A stretch of 64,000 nt of DNA from Tubiluchus corallicola (Eukaryota; Animalia; Priapulida): assembly GCA_030141605.1 (NCBI GenBank), contig JAQGDQ010000130.1:267974-331973 (forward strand), read 5' to 3'. The translations under genes and the position numbers were made by a program. Below are positions 1-13,745 of this stretch, piece by piece; within the stretch, counting starts at the first letter, position 1, and every line of letters starts with the position of its first letter. The notes under the pieces are model-generated. The model did not search any database. It was given only the letters and a program-made list of their open reading frames with translations, and was not told the DNA's origin.

Positions 1-942
1 AGATTTTTATATTGATTATAACTATATATTATAACTGTATATTTTCTCTTGCCTTTTCTTTATTTTCTCATCAGAATGCTTGTAACTCCTTGTCGGCTTT
101 ATCTTTATATAATAAGCATTACAATTTTGCGTAAACTGTAGACTATGGATCTGTGTTGTAATTAAAATGACGATTTACTTCGCTAACCAATAAATAAATA
201 TACTTGTAGGTGTTAAAATACTGCGCCGTCACCTATTTGTTCAGATCCTATGCACACAGTTCCACAAGCTCCGTAGTCCACATAGAAAGCAAAAATATGA
301 CGGATTCACGCGGGCAGAAAAGCCAATAACAAATGACCCTACAGACGCCACATCTTCTTAACACACAGCATTTCCGGGAAGAAATTTGTCGCGTGGAAAT
401 TTCCTGTTTTTAGCATGTTATGAGGTTCGTTATTCATATAACTTCCTGCTTCTGCGACTGCATGACAGTATTCCAGTGTCCATTAAGCAACATTACTAAG
501 CAATCTGCATTTCCTCCAAGCTCTAACGTACATCCATGGCTTCAGGGCAGCTAAATGTAAATGTCGTTCAAATGGATTTTGCTTTGGAACTATTTGTATA
601 ATGCGGTGAGGAAATAATAAATCAAATATTTCTTTCCCGTTCAGAGAGCCTCAAGAAGGCCAACGGTCACTCAAAGAGTATGGGGTTAAGGTTAAATGCT
701 GAGCAAATGAATATCTAGGTCCAGAAAAATAGAATTTTTATTTTCCCAATGTTGCAGACGAAACTGCTCCGGTGCAGCTTTCCTGATGGCCATCTATCGA
801 TTTACTGACCAAGTATGACGTTACTTGATTTCTGTCTCTGAGTAAATCCGTGATCTCTTTCCAAACTGCATTATTGCACAATAACTATGATAGTGGTTGA
901 AATGATGTTGGCAATGACAATGGTGACATCGTTGATGAAAAT

Positions 943-1100
943 TGATGATGATGATGATCATGATCATGATCATGATCATGATAATCATGATCGTGATGAA
1001 GATGATCATGATGATGATGATGATGATGATGATGACGACGACGACGATGATGACGGCAGCGGTGGCGGTGGCGGTGGCGATGATGATGATGATGATGATG
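943..1100. repeat. (GAT)n-rich compound microsatellite (GAT/GATCAT/GAC/GGCGGT)
   Basis: Direct reading of the sequence; it explains the spurious poly-Asp and poly-Ile ORFs at 821-1168. Confidence 0.9.
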
Positions 1101-3190
1101 AGTCTGTTATAGAGACTTTGGATGCGCATCGCATCGTGTATGTATTCTTCTCAAGACAGATTAATTAATAGATTACCCTGACTGCAAGATTTTCTGTAAT
1201 CAATATTTTGTCAAAGAAACCGCAACACATGAGACGACGGCGGCTTTTGCCCTCTGAGGGGAATACTCCCGGATATAACCAAGTTTTCTACTTCAATTTG
1301 AAGTCAGATTTGATTATTGCCGCTCTAATTTAGCTGATGGTGACTTTAGAGTTTGCTGCTGCTGAGGGATGAACAGAGATGTTATCAAAACAGACAAGTG
1401 GCTGATGCATATGGATGCTGGGAGCGGTATGAAAAAAGTCGTGATTATAAAAAAACTACATTCAACGCATTACATACCAGCTAGTGAAGATACAGAACGC
1501 AATTAAAAACAACGAATAGAACAGCCAAGCGACAAGTCAGCGAACTTTGTGTGATTATTGACCGAAGCTAAGCAGTGATGCGCCTGGACAGCAAACGGAT
1601 AGGTTTCGCTTTCAGTTAGCTAAAGCGTTTCTGTCGGTTCAGTTTTTCATAAGGCCACAATTATCAACGTAATGAGCAGGCGCAATAACTGTACCAAACA
1701 CGAGCGAGGAAGAAAGAACTTCAGCAAGAGAGTGACAAGTAAAAGTGCAGCAACAACGGGTGTACGAGTTCTAAACGTTGATAAACAATGTCAAATACAC
1801 AAACATTGAAAGTTCACGCTTGTACACATAATGGTTGATGCTTCAATATGCAACAACTTCAAGTTTCAAGTTCAAGATAGTGCAGTCATAGAAAAATGCG
1901 ATTTTGTTTGCGAAATGTAGCTAATAAGCTTACTAGTCAATTATCTGGTAAGCTGCCCGCTTTAAATAATAAAAAATAAAAAGAGTTATCTTTTCAATAA
2001 AGTCTCAGATTGAAGCTAAGTTAAACTGTAACCCAAATGGGCCCCTAACTTCCAAAAATTGGGAAAATGAAGGCTTATCAGAGTAAGTAGGTAGTGTGTG
2101 GGGACTGAAACATATCTCTTCAGTGGACGTATTGTTTAAACCGGATTAATTATATGTTGATAAATGTTATTATAAAAAGTTCTGCAAGCCACGAACAGAT
2201 TAACACGCCGATCACTTGAAGTGTCAACGTTGTCTGATGACTCGCAGCCATAATTTGACAATGTAATTACCGCTTGATGGCGCCACTGTTTAAACTAGCG
2301 CTAAACAAATAGCCAATCATACACTGAGTAAACAAACTTCGCGAATTGGAAACAGATAAAAATTGAATGAAAACTGTTACCGATGCACAAGCAAATAAAG
2401 GAACTGATTGCTTTATAATAATTATTCCTGCTAAAGTAAAATAACACAAGAACAATCAATGTTGCTGTAGTTACGTTGTTATTAAGTCAAAATATTCTAT
2501 ATTCCCATAGAATATAGTTGTGGTTCGCAAGATTAGACAACACGTCACCCTTATTACACTACTATTCTGAAGGGAGTGACGGGGAGGCGCAGGGTTTACA
2601 CTCACTATGATTTTAGAAGTCAACCTTATTGTCGTACAGTGAATTTAACAAGTGCCACAATCTATGATAGCTTCGTAATATTCATAAGCAAAGATTTTTG
2701 ACCCATTTTGAAATTACTGTTAAACATGATATTTCTAAAACAATTATAAGAAATTACAGGATTAAAAGACACTTTAAAATGTTAATTTTGTTTCTTTGGC
2801 TATAAAACTATTTATTAAATGTTGCAAAATGTTGCATTCTGTGGCGAAATTCAGCCGCGCCACGCACTACCCGACCATTTTAATACTGCACGAGATAGGC
2901 CTAATAATCCACAAGGGTAAAAAATCAAAATTTGCTTACAGGCATGAAGGCAGAAACTTCTGTCGATATAAGCCTGCCGCCTGCGCCTCTGATCTCGAAC
3001 TACAGTATTGTAAATCTCGGTTAACTTCAATTCAATTTACGTTAATCTTTTTGCACAGTTGCAAAAAGGCTTTGCGCAAATACAATTACCTGGTAGCTCA
3101 TATAAGGGCAACAGTTTTAACAAGTTAAACTAAAAACTTAGGGCCTAGTCAATGCAAGCAATAACATTACTTAAATAAGCCTATAAATAA

Positions 3191-3425
3191 AGTGGCGTTT
3201 ACCTAGCATCCCGATGCGTAAGCGTTATGGGGATGCGGAATAGATAAAATCGGCTTGTATTGTTTTCAATGCAGCCGTTTATTACGCCTGCGGATGGGTT
3301 GTTCTTTTTCTGCAGCTATTTCCTATTGATTTTTTCCGCAGGTTGTTCCGCACAGGAAAACGCATCCGTATCCGCATATACATAAAGGACATTTAACGCA
3401 TTCCGGATGCTAGGTAAACGTCACT
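3191..3425. mobile_element. PIF/Harbinger-like MITE (235 bp)
   Basis: The left end AGTGGCGTTTACCTAGCATCC and the reverse complement of the right end AGTGACGTTTACCTAGCATCC match at 20/21 positions. TAA flanks both sides (3188-3190, 3426-3428), the TWA 3-bp TSD typical of PIF/Harbinger. No ORF. Confidence 0.8.
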
Positions 3426-3627
3426 TAATGCAGCAAATTAAATGACTGGTATTTTATTTAGGAACTACCTCTTATGAAGCACCAATTGAGTACAGTAATG
3501 AAGAGTTGTTGTTTGTTATTTATCCATAGAATAATTTAGCTGGCGTGTTGTAATAAAAGTCCATAAGTCCAATGCAACACAAGTGTGATCGAATAGTATA
3601 TTTTCAGTGCGCAAAGAAGAGCTCACA

Positions 3628-4054
3628 AAGCTTGTACTGTATTAGCAGGAACGTTGTATAAAATTTGTAAATTTAAACTCCAGCGTTAGGAGTAGCCATT
3701 TTGATGGTTGGTCCTTTGAAACAAGCTTAAATAACATTGCGTAAAGTTTGAAAAATTAACAGAGCATTCGTAGCACCTCACTAACTAGGTAAAAGTGTAA
3801 ATAACCACATTTTGTCAATAAGATAAAATACGTTTTTTAGTGAGTCAGTGGTGTACACTGGGAAGGTGAGTGAGTGACAATCTACCAGTTGGCGCCAAAA
3901 TTTTAAATTACCAAGAACTTTCTTTTCTAGTTACATTCAAGCAAGTATTTCAAGAAATAAGCGTGATGCTAATTATAAGTAATAAGCATATGACTTTGTG
4001 TCACTGTGGATTTTTTCTGGGACATACTTTAAAATTGCCTTTTCCTTCCCTTTA
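3628..4054 (+). repeat. Dispersed repeat, copy 1 (homologous to 14942-15317); possible end of a non-autonomous DNA transposon
   Basis: Colinear shared blocks with copy 2, e.g. GTATTAGCAG, CAGAGCATTCGT, CACTGGGAAGGTGA and TTTCTTTTCTAGTTACAT. Both copies end in CCCTTTA. A Kolobok-like (TTAA) assignment is inference only. Confidence 0.7.
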
Positions 4055-4456
4055 GGTTAAAATTTCCAAAGCATGAGCGTGGTATACATTTTTAGTTTTT
4101 GTGGTGTTCTAATTGTCTTGCAAATTTTTAAAATTGCATATTATTTCTTTTAATACTGCAATACGGCTAATGTTATTCTAACTGAAATAAAACTTAGATA
4201 AAATAAAGTCATATTCCAAGGTGCTGTACGCCTTCAGACCAGAAATGAATAACTTACAAATTTACCAAAAGTTTGACTAAAAGGCCCGAACTGAATGTTT
4301 TTTCGTATGATCTTATTTTTACAAACTATGTAACATAGCTAAGTTAATGTGTAAATTTAGCAGTAGTTTTCGACCTTGACATCGTTGTGCAAGCGGGTTC
4401 TTGGAATGATGCAGCAAAAAATCAAATCATATTTAACAAGTTTGCTAACATCGTAA

Positions 4457-4528
4457 GCCGTGATAGTATAGTGGTTAGTACATTGCGTTGTGGCCGCATT
4501 AACCCAGGTTCGAATCCTGGTCACGGCA
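4457..4528 (+). tRNA. tRNA-His (GTG)
   Basis: GCCGTGATAGTATAGTGGTTAGTACATTGCGTTGTGGCCGCATTAACCCAGGTTCGAATCCTGGTCACGGCA. Acceptor stem GCCGTGA/TCACGGC, anticodon loop TTGTGGC, T-arm CCAGG-TTCGAAT-CCTGG, intact A and B boxes, and a TTTT run about 10 nt downstream. Closely resembles the canonical metazoan tRNA-His. Confidence 0.93.
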
Positions 4529-4959
4529 TAATGATAATTTTGTTACGAGTCCTAACCAATGTTGTGTATTCGTTTTTTACTAATCACGATGGTCAAATTT
4601 CCAATTTGACATGCTTAACTTTGAATAATTGCCAAGAAACTAAATTAATTTTTCATCTAAGAGAGAAGCTAAAATCTCTCCTCGTCATTCTGTGCCAAAT
4701 ACAAAGTTTCTAAAATTATAAACACCTTTTCACATGCTCCATAAATCTACCGTCTTCCTGGATTCCTGGTTCAAATTCGGTCTCAGTCCCGAATTTTCCA
4801 CAGTTTCTCCATTTCAGTCAAATTTGGCTGGATTCGAATAAATGCAGGTTCGTTTCATGATTGATAAATAAACTTTGAAACTCAATATATTAATTAAAAT
4901 TGACTAATTAATCATCTACGGTAATTATCTCTCCAGATTCTAAATTTTCAAGAAATAAT

Positions 4960-5510
4960 GTTTTTATTTTATGTATTAAATCTGTTTATTGACAAAAATA
5001 AATATATACAAAAAAGTCCCTCTATTTGCAGGGGAACCTAAACAAGTAAGATGTAAAATACTACTTAAAATTACAGGATTTAAACAGTTAATCAGTACAA
5101 TAAAATGAAATACAAAGTTAAAGCTCAAAAAATGATAAAATTGATCATATAGGATGCAGGTGGCAGATAGTCAAAGTCCACTGTATCATAGTTAGTTTAG
5201 CAGGTAATTTACATAGCAAGCTACAACTTTAGACTAATTTAGTAGTGATTGCAGAATGTTAAGAGGAATTCATCAAGAACAAGTTTTACAAATGCAGTAA
5301 GTAATTTCGGGTTTCTGCCAGTATAGATCTTACTAATATCTCGAGAATGTAAGTTAAAACGAAATTAAGTCTATTATTGTAATTAACAAGATTACAATCA
5401 AATAGTAAGTGTTGTACAGTTTGCACGTCATTAGCACAATGGCACAAGTTGTCTGGTTCCAATGTAGCTTGTTTTACATTGGAATTCTTTGAAATTGCCT
5501 TGTTCAAGCA
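4960..5510 (-). mobile_element. LINE 3' fragment (ORF2 C-terminal zinc knuckle plus 3' UTR)
   Basis: ORF 5286-5507 contains LCHCANDVQTVQHLLFDC, the Cx1-2C...ETxxHxxxxC motif of non-LTR ORF2 ends. An AATAAA/A-rich tail lies on the - strand near 4960-4990. Confidence 0.6.
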
Positions 5511-5692
5511 AAAGACTAATAGCTAGCGTTTCAAAAGATCTCCAGCCAATTGGTATGGGCAATGCTAATGGTGAATTAAACACCTTAACTGGGCAAACGG
5601 CAGCTGTACCACACAGAAACCTGTTGCTATTAAATAATGTAATTACTTGAAAATGTCACATTTGTCGGTAAACAATTAGACTTAACTTTAAA

Positions 5693-5767
5693 GGTCTGTG
5701 CGGTCTAGCGGTTTAGGCAGTAAAATTGTAATCTAAACGTCCCTGATTTCAATTCAAGGCTTGCACA
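5693..5767 (+). pseudogene. Degenerate tRNA-like sequence or SINE head (GTA anticodon-like loop)
   Basis: A-box-like CGGTCTAGCGGTTTAGG, loop ATTGTAA and a decayed B box GATTTCAATTC at tRNA-like spacing. The stems are largely disrupted. Confidence 0.4.
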
Positions 5768-7214
5768 TACTCATTATGTTTAATATTGACTTCAGAGACT
5801 CAGTATGAGTTAGATATCCCCTTTTATTCATCACTGGAATGCACGTCGGGTATGTCCATCATACTCTAAGGTTCTTACATGTCTGCATGATCGTCAATAC
5901 TTCGCCACATTTGTCGACAATTTTGTCGTCCAAGTCGAGTTTTAGCGTGATTTTTCCTTGAAAATACTTCCGTTGCTCATTATTTCTGCCATTTTTGTTG
6001 ATGACACCATTTTACATGTAAAAGCCATTATCCAGAGAACAGGCTGCAGTCGGAAAAGCAAAAACTACGCTGTGAGTGTGAAATATTGTTCCGCTTGTAA
6101 TCCTAGATTGACGTCTGATAAAGTTAATAAAATGGCGGTATCGTTAACAAAACTAATGAAGCGATGTCGGTCAGCCTAGTTGCAGCGTTGCATGGGGGCT
6201 TCTTCTGTCGGGGCTATTGTGAATTCTGGAAGGTGATGTCACAGTAGATAATGGATAATGCATGTAGGCTCCTACAGTGACTATACATTTCTGAACAGAG
6301 CGAAGAACGGACGATGAATCAGTAATTTTCTCCGTGCAATTTTGCAAATAACGGCGGTTCAGTAGTTACGTTTGCAGTAACAGATATACCCACTAAAAAG
6401 GGGTTCAACTTGTACAAAATTGTTTATGAAGATGATGCATTATTGTTTATGAAGATGAAGAAGATGAAGAAGTATTTAGAAATTTTGCCGTATAATCTCA
6501 TGAAATTGTGAAGGAATGCGATTTATCGCCTCTGCGGGTTAGTCGTAAGAAGTCGAGCGGATGAATGTATAAGTTGTACAAAAAATAGAAATTTTAATTT
6601 TTCATCAACGTATCAGTTGGGAGAAATGCTAGCGTATGTGGTGTATTTTTGAATTAGTTACTTAATCTTATTACTACGTTAATAAAATTATTATGTGTGC
6701 TTAACATTTATCAGAGTTTTTTCGCCGTGGTCAATATTTAATTTATTTTGCTATTAGTTTACTCATTTAATTTTAACTGAACCAATAATTTGTTGTGTAT
6801 ACAATACATGCTTGTTCGAAAATATATGATATTAATAATAATGCATGCTATCAAGATTCAGGACCTTATTCGTCAAATATGATTCCATTAATTTTATTTG
6901 CCTCAGTCAGTCATTACCTAGCCATATACATTGTCCAAGTTTTGTCAATTGGGAAACAAAATTCAGTCAGATGCTCACTTAGACTGGCCTTCAAGCATTA
7001 AATTATTTTAACCCGTAGAAAAAATAAAATGAAAAATGAATTTTTTAACTCTAACTTGTGCGATAAAAGTCAAAAAATCAAAAAGTCAAATAATCTTCTT
7101 TTATTTTTTTAATCGCGTCGCCTTGGAAGAATTTTCTGGCCCATTACTTTATTTATACCTTGTTTAAAACTGTATCTTCTTCGTGTTTTGATTTTAAACG
7201 CAAAATTAAAATGT

Positions 7215-7640
7215 ATTTATTTATTTTATTTATTATTATTTAAAGTTTATTTCAGCAGTGCCATAAAAATGCCATATAAAAGTTAAAAATTTACGCTAAA
7301 AGCTAAGAAATACTACATGTCATGTACTATTAAAAGCTACGGAAATTTTCCAAAAAAATATAATAAAAATGTATACAGAAATAAAAAATGCAAAGCATCA
7401 GTTAAAAGCCAGCGCTTACTACATCAATAAATCATGCCATCTTCTAAATATTCTACTATGTAATCGCGCATCAGTTTGGTGGCATATATAACTTACAATA
7501 AAATTTGCTGATCCAATCATTCTTATTCTTAATCTATAGGCACAAAGACGCAACAGTACTTTAAAAATATTTTATATTGTTTTCTGCTCGTATTGTAGAA
7601 GGTGGCGTATCATAAACAAAACTTGTGAAGAGCAATGTTG
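7215..7640 (-). mobile_element. L2/CR1-group LINE 3' fragment
   Basis: The - strand reads ...FKVLLRLCAYRLRIRMIGSANFIVSYICHQTDARLHSRIFRRWHDLLM*, followed by a 3' UTR ending in an AATAAA/AT-rich tail. A second copy of the terminal ~100 bp lies at ~36737-36836. Confidence 0.5.
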
Positions 7641-9104
7641 TAAGTGGCGCGGATCTTGGTTAAACCGCAGACGGTTAAAAATTGTTTGGTATGCATCACG
7701 GCGTTTTTTAGTGCTTGCCCCCCCCTAACTTTAGAACCTGGTTACGCCCCTGATTCCAGAGACTTGGAGTACAGACGGAAAAAGCTTGTTCACAGTACTG
7801 TAAATAATTGAATAACGTTGAGCAATAAAAAATTATTGCTCACAAATTCTTGACTATAAACTAACGATTTCGTTGCAAAGTATCATTTAAAGTAATACCA
7901 CAATTCAGTAGAAGCTACTTCTCACTTGCTTTCATGTATTTTCCATTTTATGCATAAATTCGTTTAAAATGTTTTCTAGTGATACCACTATTATTTGGTT
8001 TTATTACCAAATAAATGTAAATATGTCGAACGTATATCGAATGCAAATATAAAGGAATTTTTAAAGCAGAAGCAAAACCCACACATAGCTCAACTAAATG
8101 AGAAACTTTCCCAAAATAAGTTTATCTTAATTACATCATTTGATGTTGTTTGTCTTGTTAACGCCTCGTTTCTAGAATTACACGGAAGCCATTTATTGAA
8201 AAACAGAGTCAAAAAGCATGGCTTCACAAACTTGGAGAACGAAAGAGTTGGTAATTTTAGCAGCTGTAATTATTGTTTTGAGCAAACAGTCTGGTATAAA
8301 GCTTCAAGGAAAACAGTGCAATATTTACATTTCAACAAACGCATAAATTACGCCACCCACCGGGAAGAACCGAAATGCATTGAAAGCTTGACGCCGAAGG
8401 AGAGGGTGCGTGGAATGCGTGAAATAATCAGTAGCAGATGAAGCCACTAGCTTGCAACAGATGAAACCAGCAGAGCGATCATGAATGTACATATTTCTGA
8501 ACAAAGATGTGACTGTGATGTGAGGATGGAATGACTGCTGAGGTCAGAACTGGTTGAAAGATAGATAAACGGACTAGCGAAATAAAAGACAAGAAAAGAC
8601 GAAAACTAGCAGGCTAAATAAACGCACAATATACTGTATGGATCGAAAGAAAACAATATAAACAACAGGAAACTGTTTTTGTCTTTTCATTTTTATTTTG
8701 TCATATTTTAATATTATTGTTTTCATATTTGTCACATTGTTGTTAAAACACTCACCCTGGATATCTGATTGCGAAGTTTCAAGATTCGTTGCCTATTTGC
8801 CTATTTGTCTGTTATCTGCCTGTCTGCCTGCCAATGTACCTTCTTATTACTTAAGTCCCCTACTAACTAGCTAGTTGCGAACCTACCTAAATTACTGTAA
8901 TCTACCACAAGGAAAAGCTTCAGAAATTGGAAAAAAGTGAAAAGCAAAAAAAAAGAAAAAGAAAGAAACAATGAATAAAAGAATCAGGCTGCAAGAAGAA
9001 GGAAGAGAGAGAAAAAGAGAAAAGGTTAAAAAAGAGAGAAATAGACAGATCGAGAAAGCAAGAGAGAGGGGGAAAGAAACGGAAAGGAGAGAGAGAAATG
9101 ACAT

Positions 9105-9213
<109 letters not shown>

Positions 9214-9517
9214 ATGCTCTTCAATTGCTTTAATATGGTAGTTCCGCCTTCTGCTATTGATCTAGTAATCAAATGAAGCCAGTTTGTTGTATGTACTGTT
9301 CCTAAGCTGGAACTATCCCGACAAGGAAGAGAAATTCACTTTCTGATAATAACTACAGTAGTATCAGCAAGGCCTTAATTTAAATAGCATGATTAGGTTT
9401 TGACTGTACGAGTTATAATGACACTATTTATCGGGCTAAACTGACATGCACAACTTCTTGATAACACAATTAGTTATAAACACTTAATTAGTTAACATAA
9501 TGATTTATTACTACGTA

Positions 9518-9542
9518 TACACACACGCACACGCACACGCAC

Positions 9543-9581
<39 letters not shown>
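9518..9581. repeat. (CA)n/(CACACG)n microsatellite
   Basis: Direct reading. Confidence 0.9.
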
Positions 9582-9583
<2 letters not shown>

Positions 9584-11339
9584 TTCTTTCATTCATTCAA
9601 AATAATTTATTTATAAAATATAAGTACAAATTACATATATATTTTTATATACTATTACACATACACATTATTTATTACTATGGGTTAGCAGAAAAACAAT
9701 GAAAAACTTGTTTGTATACTGCACCCAAAGCCTGTGTCTAGTGAGTATTTTCAAGAATGCCTTTTAAAATTCTAAAAAACTCAAAGTTACATAAACGGGG
9801 AAATTAACAGATGACTAATTTGTATTTGATTAGTGCTTAATGTATCCATGGTGTAAGTTCATGCAATGCGACACATTATGGAACAGTGTTTGTCTTTCTT
9901 TCTAACTACATTCTAGCCCAGAGTGCGGCTGGAGGCAATTAATGGGTCACTGCTCCACCATTAAGGGCAACAAATAAGATTTATTTGCTAGCAAGGCACC
10001 TGGGACTGGGACTTTAAACGTCTAAATATCAGAGCGTGAATTACGCGATTGACATTAACAATTTAACACACAGAGCACGTCATAAAGCGCTTCACGCTGT
10101 GAAATCAAGAGCTAAAAAGAATTTTCATTTCTGTTAAATCTCTGTATATAATAATTAGTAGCAATTATGTTTTCATACCATTGCTAAAACTCTACAGTTT
10201 TTAGAAATCACTGTTTTTTCAGTTTTAAAAGTCAGATTTTACTCTGATTTCAGAGGTGATTTTGTGCTGGCCTTCTTGTATGAACTACGCTGTAACGTTA
10301 ATTTCATTGCAAGATAATAAAATTACTGCAGAAAATTTTATCCGATTAGACGGATATTCTGTTACGCTGTTGTGCAACTCAATGTCATGTTGATGAAGGA
10401 CATGACTCATAGTTCGCTGATGGTCATACGAGAGGTGGCTTCTTTGTTAGTATTTAAGATTAAACATTGTCTTGCAATGGTAGCTTTGCACAAATCTGTA
10501 CAAAAATAAGAGAAAAAGCCTCAAAAGTGCGACATTTCTCAACTCAGCTATTTCGTAGTTGACATTTGGGTCTTCCGTCTTGTCGATTTTTCTGCTTCGA
10601 TTTTTATTGTTGATGACGTTTTGAGAAATTATCAACGCTGCGCCCTTGCAATCAGTGGAGTTTGATGCTGCCCGGGTCCAACTCATTGATTGTATGCCCC
10701 TAAAACTCAAGTAAGGGACCTATAGGAACTAGTACTGCGAAATGTGAGAAAGGAAGGCGTTTAAATAAGTAAAAATAGGCGAAACATGAAATAAACACTT
10801 TATTTAAATTAAATATAAATGGCTCCCATTTATTATATTCGGTTTCCCAAATGATATCTCCTGTCAGAAAACACCTGAACTACTTCATTTTTACATCAAC
10901 TGTGAGGAATTCTTTTTCAATGCTGATTGAAGCCAGGTCGGTCAGTCGCTCTTGTGACATGAAAGAATTTCAGATGTAAAATTATTCATTTCAGATTTGA
11001 AAATGACCATTCACAACTTGGAATTGAAAATGCGATGGTAAGCAGTAATCTGTATACAGCGCACATTATCAACTTACGTCTTAATCGGAATATGCATAGT
11101 ATTTAGATGTAACAGATTTTCTTCTCCGGTCTCGTTTATCAAAACACGGACTCACATTCACACCAGCAAAGTAGACCTAATACAACAAGCAATATAATAT
11201 GAATGGTCAAACAGACTAATATTCAGTCAACGGAGAGTAGTTAGCCTGTTTGACTATTGCGGTTTTAATTTTCTCGGAAATCCAGCGAGAGAAAGAGGAG
11301 AAAGAGAAAAGGAGAGGGTGAAACAGACAAAAAGGAGAG

Positions 11340-11943
11340 CTTTTATTTGATTTAAATCTTTATTGCCAACAATGTTCATATAAAGTTTACAACACACAAT
11401 ATGCACAATACGTATTGCTAAAAGAAGATATAAAATATATTTAAATTATATGGTAATATAAAAAGAGGTAGCAACGATAACTGATGCTACTCTGCAAACA
11501 AATTACCTATCGCCTATGTTGAGAACTTTTCGTTACTTGTCTCTTATATCAGATGCAATAATGCATCGCATTCTCTTAAATTTTGTATTGATAATATTTG
11601 TACTGTTACTGACTTTGCTGAACAGACTATATACACATTTCCTATAAATTACATCAAAATAGAACTACAAACGTAAGGGTAGCCAAATAACTTACGCATA
11701 GAAATATTGTGAGCTACTATGAGCTTATCGAGAATATAATTATAATAATGTCGCCAAGTGGTCATGGCATAAAACCTGTTACAGTGTGCATTAAATGATT
11801 TTGCCTTTACGTCATTTGGTTTGTACAAGAACTAGACTTTCTCTACAACTTTTTTACCTCTGGCACAATAAATACCGTTTTGCCTTAATATATCAAGATC
11901 GTCCTTATTATCACAACTAATATGAGGCCTAGATATTTTTCTG
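11340..11943 (-). mobile_element. L2-group LINE 3' fragment (post-RT region of ORF2, frameshifted)
   Basis: The - strand, allowing frameshifts, reads approximately KYLGL.ISCDNKDDLDILRQNGIYCARGKK...DVKAKSFNAHCNRFYAMTTWRHYYNYILDKLIVAHNISMRKLFG. This fits the KYLG...DD.DI.RQ...Y.RG...VAYN..R.L pattern of L2-clade ORF2. AATAAA tail near 11345-11365. Confidence 0.6.
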
Positions 11944-11950
11944 CTCACTC

Positions 11951-11971
11951 AGAGAGAGAGAGAAAAAGAGA

Positions 11972-12025
<54 letters not shown>

Positions 12026-12075
12026 GAGAAAGGGAGAGAGATAGGAGAGAGATAATGTAGAGAGAGAGGGAGAGG
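11951..12075. repeat. (AG)n microsatellite
   Basis: Direct reading. Confidence 0.9.
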
Positions 12076-13295
12076 TAGTGTGAAAGAAGACGAAGAGAGG
12101 GGGAATATTTAACAGAAAAGCTGTCATCTTCTATATTTTATAATCATAGAAAAGTATGGCTTCGCAGCATCATGGCAATTTTCAGTCTCTAAAACTGTTT
12201 CCTGGCAAGAGCTTTAAATATCTTGGCCCATATTCATGGCCTCCATCATCAATAACCAGTCAAGTGTTCACGTTTATTTAGCCACTAACCGCTTAGACTG
12301 ACTCAAAATAGACGTTTGTACACGTCTCCTCACAGATCATCTTATTCTTAGATGTAAACATGAGACATCTTATCTGTAAATAAGACAGCGAGTTAAACAG
12401 AGCGAGGAAAGAATTCACACCCGCAAAAATTCACCCTTTAGTGTTCGATTTATAGATGTAAATTTTACAATCTGCAAAACATCGCCACGTAATTAACCAC
12501 TGCTTAGTTTAGCATGACGTACTTGAATGACCCGATGTAACCCTACATGACCTGACCTCGATGACCTTGATGGTCTCGATTGAATTGTCTGATCTTATTT
12601 GCGACAAATAATTTGCCTTGGCCTTAATTCGACAAATTTCACTTAACCGTATTTAATGTGACCTAACCTAACTTATATCGACGTTACACGACTTGATGTG
12701 ACCTGACTTGACCCCCGGTATCTATAGTGACCTACTTGACTCGAGGCAACAGAAATGATATGGTCTGATTTTTTTTATTTGACCTCACCTGACCCAACCT
12801 GACATGACCAATACCTGACTATTTGTGCTTGTTTTGACGCATGACTTCAATCGAACTAAACAATTTAAAAAATTTGAATTTAAAGGATCGTAGGAAAAAC
12901 AAACATACGAGACTTGGCTGTTCATTAAGTATGGATAGCACTGCATCTCTAGTTGTTACAGTAAATTCTCTAATTCTCTTATGTATGAAATAAACTGATG
13001 ATTGATTGATTAATTTTAATTATTATTACTATTCATTCGCACTCAGGTAGAGTACAATAAAAAAATTACGTACAATACGGATTAGTCAATAAATAACAAT
13101 ATAGGTTAAATAAATAATGTTAGGAAAAAATGTAAATATAATGCGTAATACACCAAGATGTATACAACAGATATTATTCTAAAATTAAGGTCATAATGAT
13201 ATAGGGCCTATATATTATTATATATGCTATAGGCCTATAACGTATAAACTTGTTTCCAATGATCAGCTATGTATACAAGCTATCTACACACATTA

Positions 13296-13745
<450 letters not shown>

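Noticed and set aside
821-1168. Poly-Asp/His and poly-Ile ORFs
   Set aside because: Translation of a (GAT)n microsatellite; no splice context or domain.
1176-1290. Possible alternative STOX first exon on the - strand (donor-like AGG|GTAATC)
   Set aside because: The phase-1 frame needed to join the winged-helix exon has a nearby stop and no ATG; no similarity recognised.
4387-4713. 108-aa ORF over the tRNA
   Set aside because: Chance read-through of tRNA-His (the SIVVSTLRCG translation); no other coding signal.
7995-8441. 148-aa ORF (also 18118-18558)
   Set aside because: Non-ATG start in the track, no recognisable motif, AT-rich intronic composition.
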